Source of the DNA: an uncultured Candidatus Poseidoniales archaeon
GTDB taxonomy: Archaea > Thermoplasmatota > Poseidoniia > Poseidoniales > Thalassarchaeaceae
Direction: 5' to 3'
DNA length: 64,000 nt
Assembly: GCA_964570065.1 (NCBI GenBank)
Contig: CAZMVZ010000001.1
Location: 41,652-105,651, forward strand
The position numbers were made by a program, and so were the translations under genes. The notes beneath the pieces were generated by a model. That model saw only the letters and a program-made list of their open reading frames with translations. It searched no databases and was not told the DNA's origin. Position 1 is the stretch's first letter, and every line of letters begins with the position of its first letter. Shown piece by piece: positions 1 through 10,284 of this stretch.

Positions 1-42
1 CGTAGGCTTCGTCTCAAGAAGTCACTTGCGGAACTATCCGGA

Positions 43-1221
43 ATGAAGGGCATGGGAACCGAGTTGGTTACTGTCATAATCCCACCTGACAGAATGATTA
101 GCGATGTTCGCCATCATCTCGGAAATGAGGCCGGTCAAGCAGCAAACATCAAGTCAAAATCCACGAAGAAGCATGTTACTGATGCCATAGAATCAGCAAT
201 TTCTACACTTAATCGATACAAGACGCCAGGAGAGGGCGGAATCGCAATTTTCGTCGGTCACGTTATCGTCGGAAATAACAAATCAAGGCTGATGTCGACT
301 GTGATCGACGATCCTCCTGAGCCATTTCCGTCCTTCAGATACAGGTGTGACTCAACCTTCGAGATCAGTCAGCTGGAAGAGATGCTCATCGATAGAACTT
401 CATATGCTCTTTTTGTCATCGATAGATCGGAGGCAGCTTATGGGTTGGCTTCAGGAAAAAGACTTCATTGTCAAGAGCATATCACATCACTAGTCCCTTC
501 GAAGCATGGCAGAGGTGGGCAATCTGCACAAAGGTTCGAGAGGCTGATTGAGGAGGCAGCTCATAACTTCTTCAAGAAAGCAGCAGAAAGAGCGTCAAAC
601 TACTGGCTCCCGATGGTCCAGGATCTGAAAGGGGTAATTATCGGTGGGCCAGGGGCGACAAAGGACTTCGTTGTGAAGAATGACTATTTCCATCACGAAA
701 TCAAGAAACTGATCGCTGAACCTTTCTTTGATGTGGGCTATTCGAATGAGAGTGGCCTGAGGGAGTTGATTCAACGTGCCGGCTCAACAATGGATCAGAT
801 AGAGTTAGATGTCGAACGCACAATCGTCGATGAATTCTTGCAGGAGGTGATGAAGTCAAACCCAAAGGCGACTTATGGGGAGGTGATGATTCGTTCCGCA
901 TTGGACCAAGGTGCAGTTTCCACCCTTCTTCTCTCCGAGGCACTAACAAAGAGGAGGGTCACCTGGTTTTGTAAGGGGTGCAAGAATGAGTGGGTAACCA
1001 CTCATGAAAAGTCATCCGCAATCCCTATTTGCCCTGAGTGCAAATCTGAAAAGGTCATTGAGGACGAGGACAATTCAATGGATATCATCGATGAACTAAC
1101 GATATTGGCCGGACACACTTCTGCAAAGGTTCGACTAATCTCACTGGATACCGAGGAGGGTTCGACCCTCCATACTTCTTTCGGCGGAATCGCCGCACTG
1201 TTGAGGTACCAAATTTCTTGA
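43..1221 (+). CDS. prf1: Peptide chain release factor aRF1
   Basis: Contains the NIKS decoding motif (AANIKSKS) and the GGQ peptidyl-hydrolase motif (HGRGGQSAQRFERL). Length of 392 aa is typical for aRF1. Domain 3 carries a CxxC-x17-CxxC zinc-ribbon insertion. Confidence 0.9.
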   Translation: MKGMGTELVTVIIPPDRMISDVRHHLGNEAGQAANIKSKSTKKHVTDAIESAISTLNRYKTPGEGGIAIFVGHVIVGNNKSRLMSTVIDDPPEPFPSFRYRCDSTFEISQLEEMLIDRTSYALFVIDRSEAAYGLASGKRLHCQEHITSLVPSKHGRGGQSAQRFERLIEEAAHNFFKKAAERASNYWLPMVQDLKGVIIGGPGATKDFVVKNDYFHHEIKKLIAEPFFDVGYSNESGLRELIQRAGSTMDQIELDVERTIVDEFLQEVMKSNPKATYGEVMIRSALDQGAVSTLLLSEALTKRRVTWFCKGCKNEWVTTHEKSSAIPICPECKSEKVIEDEDNSMDIIDELTILAGHTSAKVRLISLDTEEGSTLHTSFGGIAALLRYQIS

Positions 1222-1252
1222 GGTGATTTGAATTAGAGATCTAATTGATGAG

Positions 1253-2971
1253 ATGGCCCCAACCTTCTCCAAAGCCATGAAATCACTGGAAGTAGATGAC
1301 TCAGTCTGGCTTCCGTTAATCGGAAGAGCAACGGTTGAGGATCACGGGGACGTAGCGCTTCCATGCCATTCTCTGGCAAGTAGGTTGAGAAAATCCCCCC
1401 AGGATATTGCAGAGCAAATCTGCATGCTCGTCAAGGAAGATCTAGATCCGTTTGCAACCGTCTCATCAATTAGTGGATTCGTGAACGTTAGTGCAAAACC
1501 AGCATGGCTATCAAATTCACTTTCCACTCTCATCTCCGATCACAGATTGGGCATCGAGTTGGAAAAACCACTCACATTCGCTATCGACTATTCGGCTCCA
1601 AACGTCGCTAAGGAGATGCACGTCGGTCACCTGAGGTCGACTGTAATAGGGGATTCAATTGTCAGAATGCTCGAATTCAAGGGACATAGGGCGATTAGGG
1701 AGAATCACGTAGGTGACTGGGGTACCCCATTCGGTATGTTGATCGAGCATCTTCTAGATCTCGGCGAGGATCAGGCGGCAAATGAGTTGGGCGTTGGTGA
1801 TCTGGACTCATTCTACAAACAGGCCAGGGTCAAATTTGTCTCTGATGATGAGTTTGCTGATCGATCGAGAAGCAGGGTTGTTCTCCTTCAAGGAGGAGAT
1901 CCAGAGACGCTTCGGCTCTGGAGGGTTCTGGTTGACGAATCAATGAGGTATTTCAACGAGGTTTACTCAATGCTAGGAGTTCTACTAACCGATGAAGACA
2001 TCAGAGGGGAGTCAAGCTACCATAACTTGCTTCCAGAGGTCGTTGAACGACTCAAGAAAGTGGGGATCCTGGAGGAGAGCGAGGGTGCAGATGTTGTTTT
2101 CCCGGGCGGATGGGTCAATCGCGAAGGGGAGCCACTTCCAATGATAATCAGGAAGGCAGATGGGGGCTACAACTACAGCACTTCAGATCTGGCATGTATT
2201 ATCGATAGAGTCGAGAGACTGGGCTGCGATGGATTCCTGTATGTAGTAGGTACTCCCCAGAAGCAGCACTTCGAGATGGTCTTCCAAGTCGCAAAGCAAG
2301 CTGGGTTCATGAACGATAATCATCAAGCTGTGCACGTTAATTTCGGCTCGGTTCTTGATACAGATGGAAAGGTTCTGAAGAGCAGGGAGGGGGAGGTCAT
2401 CAAACTCCATGATCTCCTAGAAGAAGCAATCAGGAGGGCAGATGATGCAATCAATGAGAAGAATCCAGAATTGGTCGGGGATGAAAGGGACCAGGTTGCT
2501 CGGACCGTGGGTATTGGCGCCGTCAAGTACGCCGACCTCTCCACCGAGAGAACGAAAGACTACGTTTTTGATTGGGAAAGGATGCTATCTTTCGATGGAA
2601 ACACGGCCCCATATCTTCAATATGCATATGCCAGGATATGCAGCATTTTCAGAAAATGGGGTGGTGACCGGGAATCCCTCCGTGACGTTGTTTTTGTCCT
2701 ATCCAATGCACAAGAATTGACTCTTTCCAGAAGGCTTGCAGAGTTCCCCTCAATTTTTGATAACTCATTTGACACATTCAGCCCTCACAAACTTTGTACT
2801 CACTTGCATTCAATCGCCTCAGCATTCGCTTCATTTTACGAGAATTGCAATGTTCTGAAGGAGGAGGATGAGGATATTGCCAACAGCCGTCTAGCATTGT
2901 GTGAGCTAACTGCTCGAGAACTCCAACTGGGATTGGGGATAATGGGAATCGATGTTCCGGAGAGAATGTGA
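1253..2971 (+). CDS. argS: Arginyl-tRNA synthetase
   Basis: Class I HIGH-like motif (MHVGHLRST). The domain order matches ArgRS. The conserved C-terminal Met (…VPERM*) is diagnostic of ArgRS. Confidence 0.9.
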   Translation: MAPTFSKAMKSLEVDDSVWLPLIGRATVEDHGDVALPCHSLASRLRKSPQDIAEQICMLVKEDLDPFATVSSISGFVNVSAKPAWLSNSLSTLISDHRLGIELEKPLTFAIDYSAPNVAKEMHVGHLRSTVIGDSIVRMLEFKGHRAIRENHVGDWGTPFGMLIEHLLDLGEDQAANELGVGDLDSFYKQARVKFVSDDEFADRSRSRVVLLQGGDPETLRLWRVLVDESMRYFNEVYSMLGVLLTDEDIRGESSYHNLLPEVVERLKKVGILEESEGADVVFPGGWVNREGEPLPMIIRKADGGYNYSTSDLACIIDRVERLGCDGFLYVVGTPQKQHFEMVFQVAKQAGFMNDNHQAVHVNFGSVLDTDGKVLKSREGEVIKLHDLLEEAIRRADDAINEKNPELVGDERDQVARTVGIGAVKYADLSTERTKDYVFDWERMLSFDGNTAPYLQYAYARICSIFRKWGGDRESLRDVVFVLSNAQELTLSRRLAEFPSIFDNSFDTFSPHKLCTHLHSIASAFASFYENCNVLKEEDEDIANSRLALCELTARELQLGLGIMGIDVPERM

Positions 2972-3011
2972 ATCTAGGCATGTTCAAAATATGCAGCCTC
3001 TTGCCGTCTCC

Positions 3012-3476
3012 ATGGTTAAAGTAGGCGATAAGGCCCCTGATTTTACATTGAAGAACACCTCAAAGGAAGCAGTAACACTATCCGACTATCGTGGAAAGAC
3101 TGTGATTTTAGCATTCTATCCGGGAGCATTTACGGGGGTTTGCGACAAAGAGATGTGCTCATTTCAAGAAAACCTTACCATTCTGAACGATTGCAATGCG
3201 ACTGTATTTGGAATCAGCGTAGACTCCCCTTGGGCCAACGCAGAGTTCGCGAGTAGATACAACTTAGAATTTGAATTACTTTCAGATCTGGATAGGGATG
3301 TCGTCGAGTCATACGATGCAAAATTTGTCGGGCTCGGTGGTCTCGATGGTTATGTCAGTGCAAACCGAGTAGTCATAATAATCGATACTCAGGGAACAGT
3401 CCAGTATCGTTGGGTCGCTGAAAATCCAGGGGTCGAGCCAGATTACGAAGCAGTGGTTTCTTTCTGTGCTGCTTAG
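3012..3476 (+). CDS. Peroxiredoxin (AhpC/TSA, Bcp-type thiol peroxidase)
   Basis: MVKVGDKAPDFTL…GKTVILAFYPGAFTGVCDKE is the redoxin peroxidatic-Cys motif (T-x-x-C). Alternative ATG starts at 2991 and 2952 would overlap the end of argS. Confidence 0.85.
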   Translation: MVKVGDKAPDFTLKNTSKEAVTLSDYRGKTVILAFYPGAFTGVCDKEMCSFQENLTILNDCNATVFGISVDSPWANAEFASRYNLEFELLSDLDRDVVESYDAKFVGLGGLDGYVSANRVVIIIDTQGTVQYRWVAENPGVEPDYEAVVSFCAA

Positions 3477-5029
3477 CCCCATGCTAGGTGACGAACCAGA
3501 GAACCGTAGATGATCCCCGAAACAGCTAGGCTCTCTTCGTTGAATCGATCCATGTTGTCCAAGTAGGTGTGGTATTCTGACGAGCCGGAGCCATAGCACA
3601 TCATTGCCAATCCAAACTCATCCATCTCTTCCTGGTGTATTCCAAAAACGAATGGCGCATGGTCAGAGTTGTATGGCATCTGCTCCGATGCAAGCTCCCT
3701 AACGCTAATGCTGTATCTTTCGTACAGTTCTGGGTGGGACTCAGCAAACTCGTCAACCAAACCCTCTATGTGTTTAACATCCGTTGCACTGTTCCCCTGC
3801 AGAATCACTCCGGAGTTCCTCTCGGCATCTACATGGTTCATATCGAGGTTGATGTACAGTCTTAGGTTATCCTCCAGCATTTCCCTATGCTTGCTGACCC
3901 ATTCCGAGGAGCCCCAGAGGCCTTCTTCTTCCCCACCCCATGTGCAGAAGTAGATCGTCAATCCAGGTTCTCCCAGTTCTTCTTGCAACAAGCCGAATTG
4001 CCTAGCCATCTCCATCACAGTGGCGGTTCCTGCCGTATTGTCCACAGCTCCTTGCCCATTGTATACGGTGTCATGATGGGAACCAATTACGACCAACTCA
4101 TCGGTCTCGCCCTCGATAATCCCGCAAGGGACATGGATGTTGCCATTGTTCTGGTTGTCAACCTCAATTCGGAATTCTAGCATCCCTTCTGAGTTGACTA
4201 CCTGGTCACGGATAGACTCACCGACGCTCCTCGAGACCATTACGAACCCGATGTCGTAGGGCCTTTCCTCAAACTGAGTGATATCCAGAGATTTAGAGTA
4301 GGGGACGCAATCACCAGATACCAACTCATCACAATTTTGTCTGGAATTTACCGTAATCAGGCCTCTCAGTCCATTCTCTTGGGCCCGCGTCATCAGTATT
4401 GTGTTGCTCTCGGTTCCCGGCTGACCATTCTCGCCATCCAACAGCCATACCAATCCAATGCCATTACTGGCAGCACTCCAATCCTGTGTTTGATTCCCCA
4501 TGGCCAAGTCAATCACGTGGACATCACTGCTCGCTGGAATATTCACGCTTCCGCTGTATCCCTGGACGACGAAATCTGACCTGTGCTCGAATTGCACCTC
4601 ATCTCTGTCCAAGTCCGCAACAGAGCAAGGTGCTGGACCCCCGAAAATTCCCCCAACGTTACCAGGTAGGCAGATCATCATTTCGAATGTGTTGCCCATG
4701 TAGTATAGTGGAACCTCGAACTCTTCGAGAGTAGAGGGCAATCCGCTGTTCGAGAAATTGGTCTTGATCGATTGTGCAGCATTCTCCTCTTCCACAGTTC
4801 CAGAAAGCCTCCCCCCCCAGTCAGGATCTCCGAGGTCAACCAGCCCTTGGGCATACGCCCTAGTTTGGTTGGTGTCGAAGTCAATTAACTCGTATTCTTG
4901 CTCTCCCTTGATCCATCTTGCTAGGTCTTCCCCGAACAAAACCCCGCCTCCCGCCGCACCGAGGACGATCATACCTACGACGATAATTGTGGAAGCCGGC
5001 TTACCAAAACTAGGCGACCATTCAGTCAT
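3473..5029 (-). CDS. M28-family Zn aminopeptidase with N-terminal membrane anchor and PA-like domain
   Basis: HHDTVYNGQGAVDNTAGTATVMEMARQF and GGEEEGLWGS are M28 metal-binding and catalytic motifs. The N-terminus has a hydrophobic helix (IIVVGMIVLGAAGGGVLF). Confidence 0.8.
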   Translation of the reverse strand: MTEWSPSFGKPASTIIVVGMIVLGAAGGGVLFGEDLARWIKGEQEYELIDFDTNQTRAYAQGLVDLGDPDWGGRLSGTVEEENAAQSIKTNFSNSGLPSTLEEFEVPLYYMGNTFEMMICLPGNVGGIFGGPAPCSVADLDRDEVQFEHRSDFVVQGYSGSVNIPASSDVHVIDLAMGNQTQDWSAASNGIGLVWLLDGENGQPGTESNTILMTRAQENGLRGLITVNSRQNCDELVSGDCVPYSKSLDITQFEERPYDIGFVMVSRSVGESIRDQVVNSEGMLEFRIEVDNQNNGNIHVPCGIIEGETDELVVIGSHHDTVYNGQGAVDNTAGTATVMEMARQFGLLQEELGEPGLTIYFCTWGGEEEGLWGSSEWVSKHREMLEDNLRLYINLDMNHVDAERNSGVILQGNSATDVKHIEGLVDEFAESHPELYERYSISVRELASEQMPYNSDHAPFVFGIHQEEMDEFGLAMMCYGSGSSEYHTYLDNMDRFNEESLAVSGIIYGSLVRHLAWG

Positions 5030-5092
5030 GTTATGGCAATTGAACTCTTTCCACCACTATTGAACCCATTCCAGAGTCGGTCATGTTGGGCA

Positions 5093-5695
5093 TCAATCTT
5101 CAGCTCCGACCTCTTCGCCAGTCCATCTTTTTCCCAAGGAGTGCTCAATGTCTAACTGGTCCAGTATCCTTGCCACTACAAAGTCAACTAGATCCCCAAT
5201 GCCTCTAGGTGAGTGGTAGAATCCTGGACTTCCAGGAAGGATGACGACTCCCCACTCGGAGAGGTTGTACATCGCTTTCAGATGAGGAGTGGAGTAAGGG
5301 GCCTCCCTTGGAACTACGATCAGTTTCCTCCTTTCCTTCATTGCCACCAAAGCACTCCTGGTTGCAAGGTTGTCACTAATTCCGGCAGCGATTTTCCCAA
5401 TGGTTGTGCCACTGGCCGGACAAATAACATACGCATCGAATCTAGCAGACCCCGATGCTGCTCTAGCAGCAAGGTTCGCATTATCTTCGAGATTCACACC
5501 TTCTCTATCAGCCAATTCGCGAGGGGTGATGCCGCATTCAAGATCCAGATTAATGGCACCAGTGCTAGTGACTATCAGGTTCACAGACCACTTGTGTTCG
5601 ACCAGCGCTTCAATCAGTCTGACGCAGTACTGCGCTCCCGATGCCCCAGTAAGTGCGACAACGGCCTCAGGCATGCCATCGCGGCATACCCCCAT
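5093..5695 (-). CDS. ubiX: Flavin prenyltransferase UbiX/Pad1 family
   Basis: MPEAVVALTGASGAQY… is an FMN-binding Rossmann fold typical of UbiX/Pad1, and length is ~190 aa. The true start may be the internal Met at 5674. Confidence 0.8.
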   Translation of the reverse strand: MGVCRDGMPEAVVALTGASGAQYCVRLIEALVEHKWSVNLIVTSTGAINLDLECGITPRELADREGVNLEDNANLAARAASGSARFDAYVICPASGTTIGKIAAGISDNLATRSALVAMKERRKLIVVPREAPYSTPHLKAMYNLSEWGVVILPGSPGFYHSPRGIGDLVDFVVARILDQLDIEHSLGKRWTGEEVGAED

Positions 5696-5716
5696 CCATT
5701 CAATGGTTTCCCAACC

Positions 5717-6868
5717 TCACATCGACTGTTCCAGGCACTCTGCAAGGAACTCATACTCTTCGACGCTGTTGTAAAGTTGCGCTGATATTCTGATGTATCT
5801 CCTACCATGGTGCCTCCATGGGAAAACAGGGACTTGTATCCCAAACTCATCTAGAAGGTAGTTGTGATAGGGGTCGCCCTCCATGCTCATCGGCCCCACC
5901 TCTTCCTCCCCGGGCATCTCCACTGAAGCTATCGATGAGACCAATGAGTCAGGAACTGGCTCCGTGGTCCCGAGTGCCTCGCAGAGAATCTTCCTCCCCT
6001 CTAGTGCCAATGACCGGTTTCTTTCCATTATCTCCGGCCATCCGCCTTCGACGAGGGCACCTAGGAAATCAATCGCTAGTGGTATGCATAGCCAAGGGGT
6101 CGGGTCTTGGGTCCCCGGCCACCCAAACTCAAACTCGAACTTTTCTTGGTCGGTGCCTTCGAAGCTGGCACCGTGGCTTATGCTTAACGGCCTCACCACA
6201 TTCTTGAGATCAGACCTAATGTGGAGGAAGGCAGAACCCTTCGGAGTGCAGAGCCATTTGTGGCAATTCCCTGTGCAATAAGCAGCATCAAGATCCCTGA
6301 GATTCAGAGGAACAATGCCGGGCCCATGTGCCGCATCAAGGAGCACATCAACTCCTGATGACTGCAACTCTAAGACGAGCCTTTCGAAGGGCATCCTTAG
6401 ACCTGTGGCGCTAGTCACGGTATCCACCATGGCTAGGACTGTTCGTTCGGTAACAGAACTCATCATCAGGTCTACGATTTCATCCTCTTCCTTTATTCTG
6501 AATGGGACTTCTACAACCACTGTCTTCGCACCCGCTCTTTCCGTAACGAAGTCGACAGCATTCCAACATGCCTGGTAGCTGTGGTTGGTGACTAGTATCT
6601 CATCACCGGGATTTAGGACAAGGCTTCTGAGTACCGTGTTCACCCCTTCTGTGGTATTCTTCACGAATGCCATCCCCTCTGGATCCGCATTCATGAATTC
6701 TGCAAGTTTTTTTATCGAGGAATTGATCATAGGGATGTAATCTCTTTCAAAGAACCTGACCGGGTCACTCTCGATGGTTTCCCTAAGTCTACTTTGCTCT
6801 TCAAGAACTGCTATGGGCGTTGCTCCGAAGGAGCCATGATTCAGAAAACAGGTTTCTTTGGATAGCAT
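5717..6868 (-). CDS. Class V aminotransferase (cysteine desulfurase / isopenicillin-N epimerase-like, PLP-dependent)
   Basis: FLNHGSFGATP N-terminal motif and the PLP-lysine context NCHKWLCTPKGSAF. The start was chosen at the internal Met (MLSKETCFLNHGSFG). The longest ORF (to 6928) would overlap lipB by 25 nt. Confidence 0.75.
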   Translation of the reverse strand: MLSKETCFLNHGSFGATPIAVLEEQSRLRETIESDPVRFFERDYIPMINSSIKKLAEFMNADPEGMAFVKNTTEGVNTVLRSLVLNPGDEILVTNHSYQACWNAVDFVTERAGAKTVVVEVPFRIKEEDEIVDLMMSSVTERTVLAMVDTVTSATGLRMPFERLVLELQSSGVDVLLDAAHGPGIVPLNLRDLDAAYCTGNCHKWLCTPKGSAFLHIRSDLKNVVRPLSISHGASFEGTDQEKFEFEFGWPGTQDPTPWLCIPLAIDFLGALVEGGWPEIMERNRSLALEGRKILCEALGTTEPVPDSLVSSIASVEMPGEEEVGPMSMEGDPYHNYLLDEFGIQVPVFPWRHHGRRYIRISAQLYNSVEEYEFLAECLEQSM

Positions 6869-6903
6869 CCAGTGCTCAGCCAAATCACTTCTCGGGGGCC
6901 TGT

Positions 6904-7590
6904 TCACACCAGCATCTCCGGACTCCAATCCACAGGGTTATTCGGTACCCTTCCAAGATTTTCCTCGCAAGTCAGTATCAGGCTCTCCTCAACTCTCTCG
7001 AAGTTAATTGTAAGCCCCCGGTCGTCTTTATTATACCCCAGTTTCGAAAGGCTGGTGTGAGTGCCTGCGGGAATGCCACAGCATTCCAAGTCCTGCACTC
7101 TGGACCCGGGAGTGTCTATGTTGATCGACATCCCATGGCGACTAACCCAATGGAGGAATGATAGACCGATTGAGCAAATCTTGTGCCCATCGACCCATGC
7201 TCCTTGCATCGCATCATCCCTGTATGCGGAAACCCCGCATCCGGCAAGGGCCGCAATCGCCCAAGATTCCAGCCTCCCAATTATCCCTCTGATGCTCTGA
7301 TCACCGACTTCCCACTTTACAATCGGATATACGACAAGTTGACCCGGTCCATGCCAAGTAATACCCCCGCCTCTGTCTGTGAGGCAAGTTGGATACCCAT
7401 CAACGACGACATTGTCACGGACTGCCTTGGGTCCAATCGTCACTACCTCTGGGTGCTGTACGAAGATTAAGGTGTCACCAACCTCGTCTGCAATCCTCCT
7501 TTTCTGGAGATCCTTCATTGACTCAGCCATTACTTGATAGTCTACTATCCCGCACCTTAGTACGTCGATTCCGCCCATTCGACCCCTCAA
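6904..7590 (-). CDS. lipB: Lipoyl(octanoyl) transferase LipB
   Basis: LIFVQHPEVVTIGPKA…GGGITWHGPGQLVVYPIV are LipB signature motifs. It overlaps the lpdA stop by 4 nt, consistent with an operon. Confidence 0.85.
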   Translation of the reverse strand: MRGRMGGIDVLRCGIVDYQVMAESMKDLQKRRIADEVGDTLIFVQHPEVVTIGPKAVRDNVVVDGYPTCLTDRGGGITWHGPGQLVVYPIVKWEVGDQSIRGIIGRLESWAIAALAGCGVSAYRDDAMQGAWVDGHKICSIGLSFLHWVSRHGMSINIDTPGSRVQDLECCGIPAGTHTSLSKLGYNKDDRGLTINFERVEESLILTCEENLGRVPNNPVDWSPEMLV

Positions 7591-9023
7591 TTGATGTGGA
7601 TGGCATGCCCTAGGGTCTTGAGTACGCTCTCGTGGAATGCCTCTGACATCGTTGGATGGGCATGAACAGTCCCTGCCACGTCCTCAAGTAACGCTCCCAT
7701 TTCCAGGGCCAACACGAACTCAGCGTGCAACTCCGCCACGTGGCTGCCCACTGCTTGAACTCCTAGGATAACGTGATCCGACTCTCTGGCTGTCACTCGG
7801 ATGAAACCCCCCGTCTTCTCGGCCTCTAGGCTCAATGCTCTCCCATTTGCAGCAAGCGGGAACTTCCCGACAATGATTTCCTCGCCCCTTTCTTTGGCTT
7901 CATCAGGAGTAAGGCCGACAGACACTATCTCAGGTTCCGTAAAGACGATTGCGGGGATGGCTACCTTGTCGAATTCTCGTTTATGACCAGCGATAATCTC
8001 CGCCACCATCTCCCCTTCTGCACTAGCCTTGTGTGCAAGCATCGGCTCTCCTGCGACGTCCCCAATTGCGAATACCCCTGGAACCGATGTTCTGCATCGC
8101 CTATCGGTTCTTATGAAACGCCCCGAACCATCCATCCTAATCCCGGTGTTTTCCAATCCCCATCCTTTGGTATTGGGCTTCCTTCCCACCGTGACTAGAA
8201 CCTTGTCCACCTTCACCTTGTGCTCAGTTCCATCTTTCTCAAATGTCAACTCGACCTTTTTCGATGCCCCCTTGCCCTTGATTTCGACACCTCTGGCCAG
8301 TGAATCGGTGTGGACTGAAACCTTGTGCTTCTTCAGCCATAGTTCCAGTGGCCTCCTGATCTCCTTGTCCATAATCGCCAAGATGCTACTCATGCCCTCT
8401 ACTACAGTAATCTCAGAACCCAGCTTAGCGAACGCGCACCCCAATTCGAGGCCAATATATCCTCCTCCTACAATTGCAACACTCTTCGGCAGTGATTCTA
8501 GGTCCAATGCCCCGGTAGAGGATAGGACAAACTCCTCGTCACATGGCATGAATGGCAAATCTATGTGGCTAGAACCAGTAGCGATGATGATGTTCTCTGC
8601 TTCTATCTTCACACTGTCGTCACCAGTATCGACGGTGCAACTCTTGGGGCCATCGAAACTGGCCCATCCCTTGATCAAGTCAGCTCCAGCTGCTTTGAGA
8701 AGACCCTCCACGCCCTTGTTCAATCTATCAACAATGGAGTCCTTCCAAGATACTAGCCCCCCCATGTCAACTTCAGCATCACCTTTGACAAACAGGCCCA
8801 TGTGGCCCCCTTCAGCAGAGTGCTGGCGAAGGGACTCAAACCTCTCTGCAGCGTGGATGATTGCCTTGCTTGGAATACACCCTCTGATTAGGCAAGTCCC
8901 TCCTGCCTTGTCACCCTCCACGACAATCGTGTCAAGCCCCAGTTGTGCTGACCGTATTCCCGCCACGTATCCTCCCGGTCCAGCTCCAATTACCAAGACC
9001 TGGCACTTGCGTGATTCTGCCAT
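7587..9023 (-). CDS. lpdA: Dihydrolipoyl dehydrogenase (E3)
   Basis: VLVIGAGPGGYVAGIRSAQLG is the FAD motif. GGTCLIRGCIPSKA is the redox-active disulfide. The HAHPTMSE C-terminal interface motif is present. Confidence 0.9.
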   Translation of the reverse strand: MAESRKCQVLVIGAGPGGYVAGIRSAQLGLDTIVVEGDKAGGTCLIRGCIPSKAIIHAAERFESLRQHSAEGGHMGLFVKGDAEVDMGGLVSWKDSIVDRLNKGVEGLLKAAGADLIKGWASFDGPKSCTVDTGDDSVKIEAENIIIATGSSHIDLPFMPCDEEFVLSSTGALDLESLPKSVAIVGGGYIGLELGCAFAKLGSEITVVEGMSSILAIMDKEIRRPLELWLKKHKVSVHTDSLARGVEIKGKGASKKVELTFEKDGTEHKVKVDKVLVTVGRKPNTKGWGLENTGIRMDGSGRFIRTDRRCRTSVPGVFAIGDVAGEPMLAHKASAEGEMVAEIIAGHKREFDKVAIPAIVFTEPEIVSVGLTPDEAKERGEEIIVGKFPLAANGRALSLEAEKTGGFIRVTARESDHVILGVQAVGSHVAELHAEFVLALEMGALLEDVAGTVHAHPTMSEAFHESVLKTLGHAIHIN

Positions 9024-9032
9024 CTGAGTCCC

Positions 9033-10283
9033 TCACATGAAAATGAGTGCTGGATTTTCCAGCATTCTCTTGAGGTGCTGAATCAGGGAAGCCCCGTCTG
9101 CCCCATCGACCACACGATGGTCAAATGCGCTTGAGAGATTCATAATCCTCCTAACAACTATCTCCCCCTCCCTGACAACAGGCATCTCTCTGGCCTTGTG
9201 TACGCCGAGGATAGAGACCTCTGGATGATTAATTATCGGAGTAGCCCCCAAGCCACCCTCGCGCCCCAGGCTTGTGATTGTGAAAGTGGATCCGGTAAGC
9301 TCGTCTAGACTGGCACTCCCATCTCTCGCAGATCCGGTTACTCTCTGCATTTCTGATGCAGCGTGCCAGATGTCCATAGCCTCAACATGCTTTACCACAG
9401 GGACATACAAGCCACGCTCAGTCTGGGTCGCAATTCCCAGGTTCACTGCTCCCTGCCTGTTAACAACGCCACCCTCGTCATCGAAGTGTGCATTGCATTC
9501 GGGATGTTCAGGCATAATCTTCGCGAGAGCCAGCATGATGAATGGCAGGTAGGTCAATTTCGGTTGCGACTCATCTCTTGTCGAGTTGAGAACTTGCCTC
9601 AAAGACTCTAGCTCAGTAATGTCGACCTCTTCGAAATATGAGAAGTGCGGAATCCTGCTCTTTGATAGGCTCATTTGCTCAGAGATCTTACGCCTCAGTC
9701 CTACAACCTTCACTGGTGTGACTTCTGTCCTCCTAACTGAGTAGGCCATAGGCGGGGCACCCGAAATTGCTCCACCAGCGGCTATGAATGCATCCAAATC
9801 AGCATGCCTGATCCTTCCAGCCGGACCCGACCCTCTAACGGTTGACAGATCCACGTCGTTCTCTCTTGCACGCTTCCTAACTGCAGGACTCGCCAGGACT
9901 CGTCCGGTTGACGGCTGAGTTGGCACCTTGGGAGCAGGGGCCGGAGCGGGAGCAGGGGCCGGAGCGGGAGCAGGGGCCGGAGCGGTATCCGATGTGCCGC
10001 CATCACCGTCGGCCACTTCCTTTTCACTTGCTGACTCTTCCCCCCCAGTGTCGATCTCGAGTAGAGTCGTCCCGACTGCAATCATGTCGCCAACTCCTCC
10101 GCTTAGGGAATCGACTACTCCGCTCTTCGGGGATGGAATTGTCACGGTTGCCTTGTCAGTCATCACATCGACAATAGGATCGTCCTCGGAGACCGAATCG
10201 CCAACCGAGACGTGCCATTGAACTACCTCCCCTTCTACTACTCCCTCTCCTATATCGGGCAACTTAAACACGAAATTTCCCAT
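9033..10283 (-). CDS. Dihydrolipoamide acyltransferase (E2) of a 2-oxoacid dehydrogenase complex
   Basis: N-terminal lipoyl domain (VMTDKATVTIPSP, lipoyl-Lys), an (AP)n flexible linker, and a C-terminal catalytic domain with the DHRVVDG active-site motif. Confidence 0.9.
   Translation of the reverse strand: MGNFVFKLPDIGEGVVEGEVVQWHVSVGDSVSEDDPIVDVMTDKATVTIPSPKSGVVDSLSGGVGDMIAVGTTLLEIDTGGEESASEKEVADGDGGTSDTAPAPAPAPAPAPAPAPAPKVPTQPSTGRVLASPAVRKRARENDVDLSTVRGSGPAGRIRHADLDAFIAAGGAISGAPPMAYSVRRTEVTPVKVVGLRRKISEQMSLSKSRIPHFSYFEEVDITELESLRQVLNSTRDESQPKLTYLPFIMLALAKIMPEHPECNAHFDDEGGVVNRQGAVNLGIATQTERGLYVPVVKHVEAMDIWHAASEMQRVTGSARDGSASLDELTGSTFTITSLGREGGLGATPIINHPEVSILGVHKAREMPVVREGEIVVRRIMNLSSAFDHRVVDGADGASLIQHLKRMLENPALIFM
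9933..9986. repeat. Three tandem copies of an 18-nt unit (agcaggggccggagcggg) encoding the (Ala-Pro)n inter-domain linker of E2
   Basis: Direct reading: the unit repeats at 9933-9950, 9951-9968 and 9969-9986, with the last copy diverging by 1 nt. Confidence 0.9.
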
Positions 10284-10284
10284 C

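Noticed and set aside
9782-10221. ORFs on both strands over the E2 linker region (9782-10081 minus, 9908-10221 plus)
   Set aside because: They are artefacts of the GC-rich (GCAGGGGCCGGAGCGG)n repeat, which is open in several frames. The E2 frame is the only one with recognisable domains.
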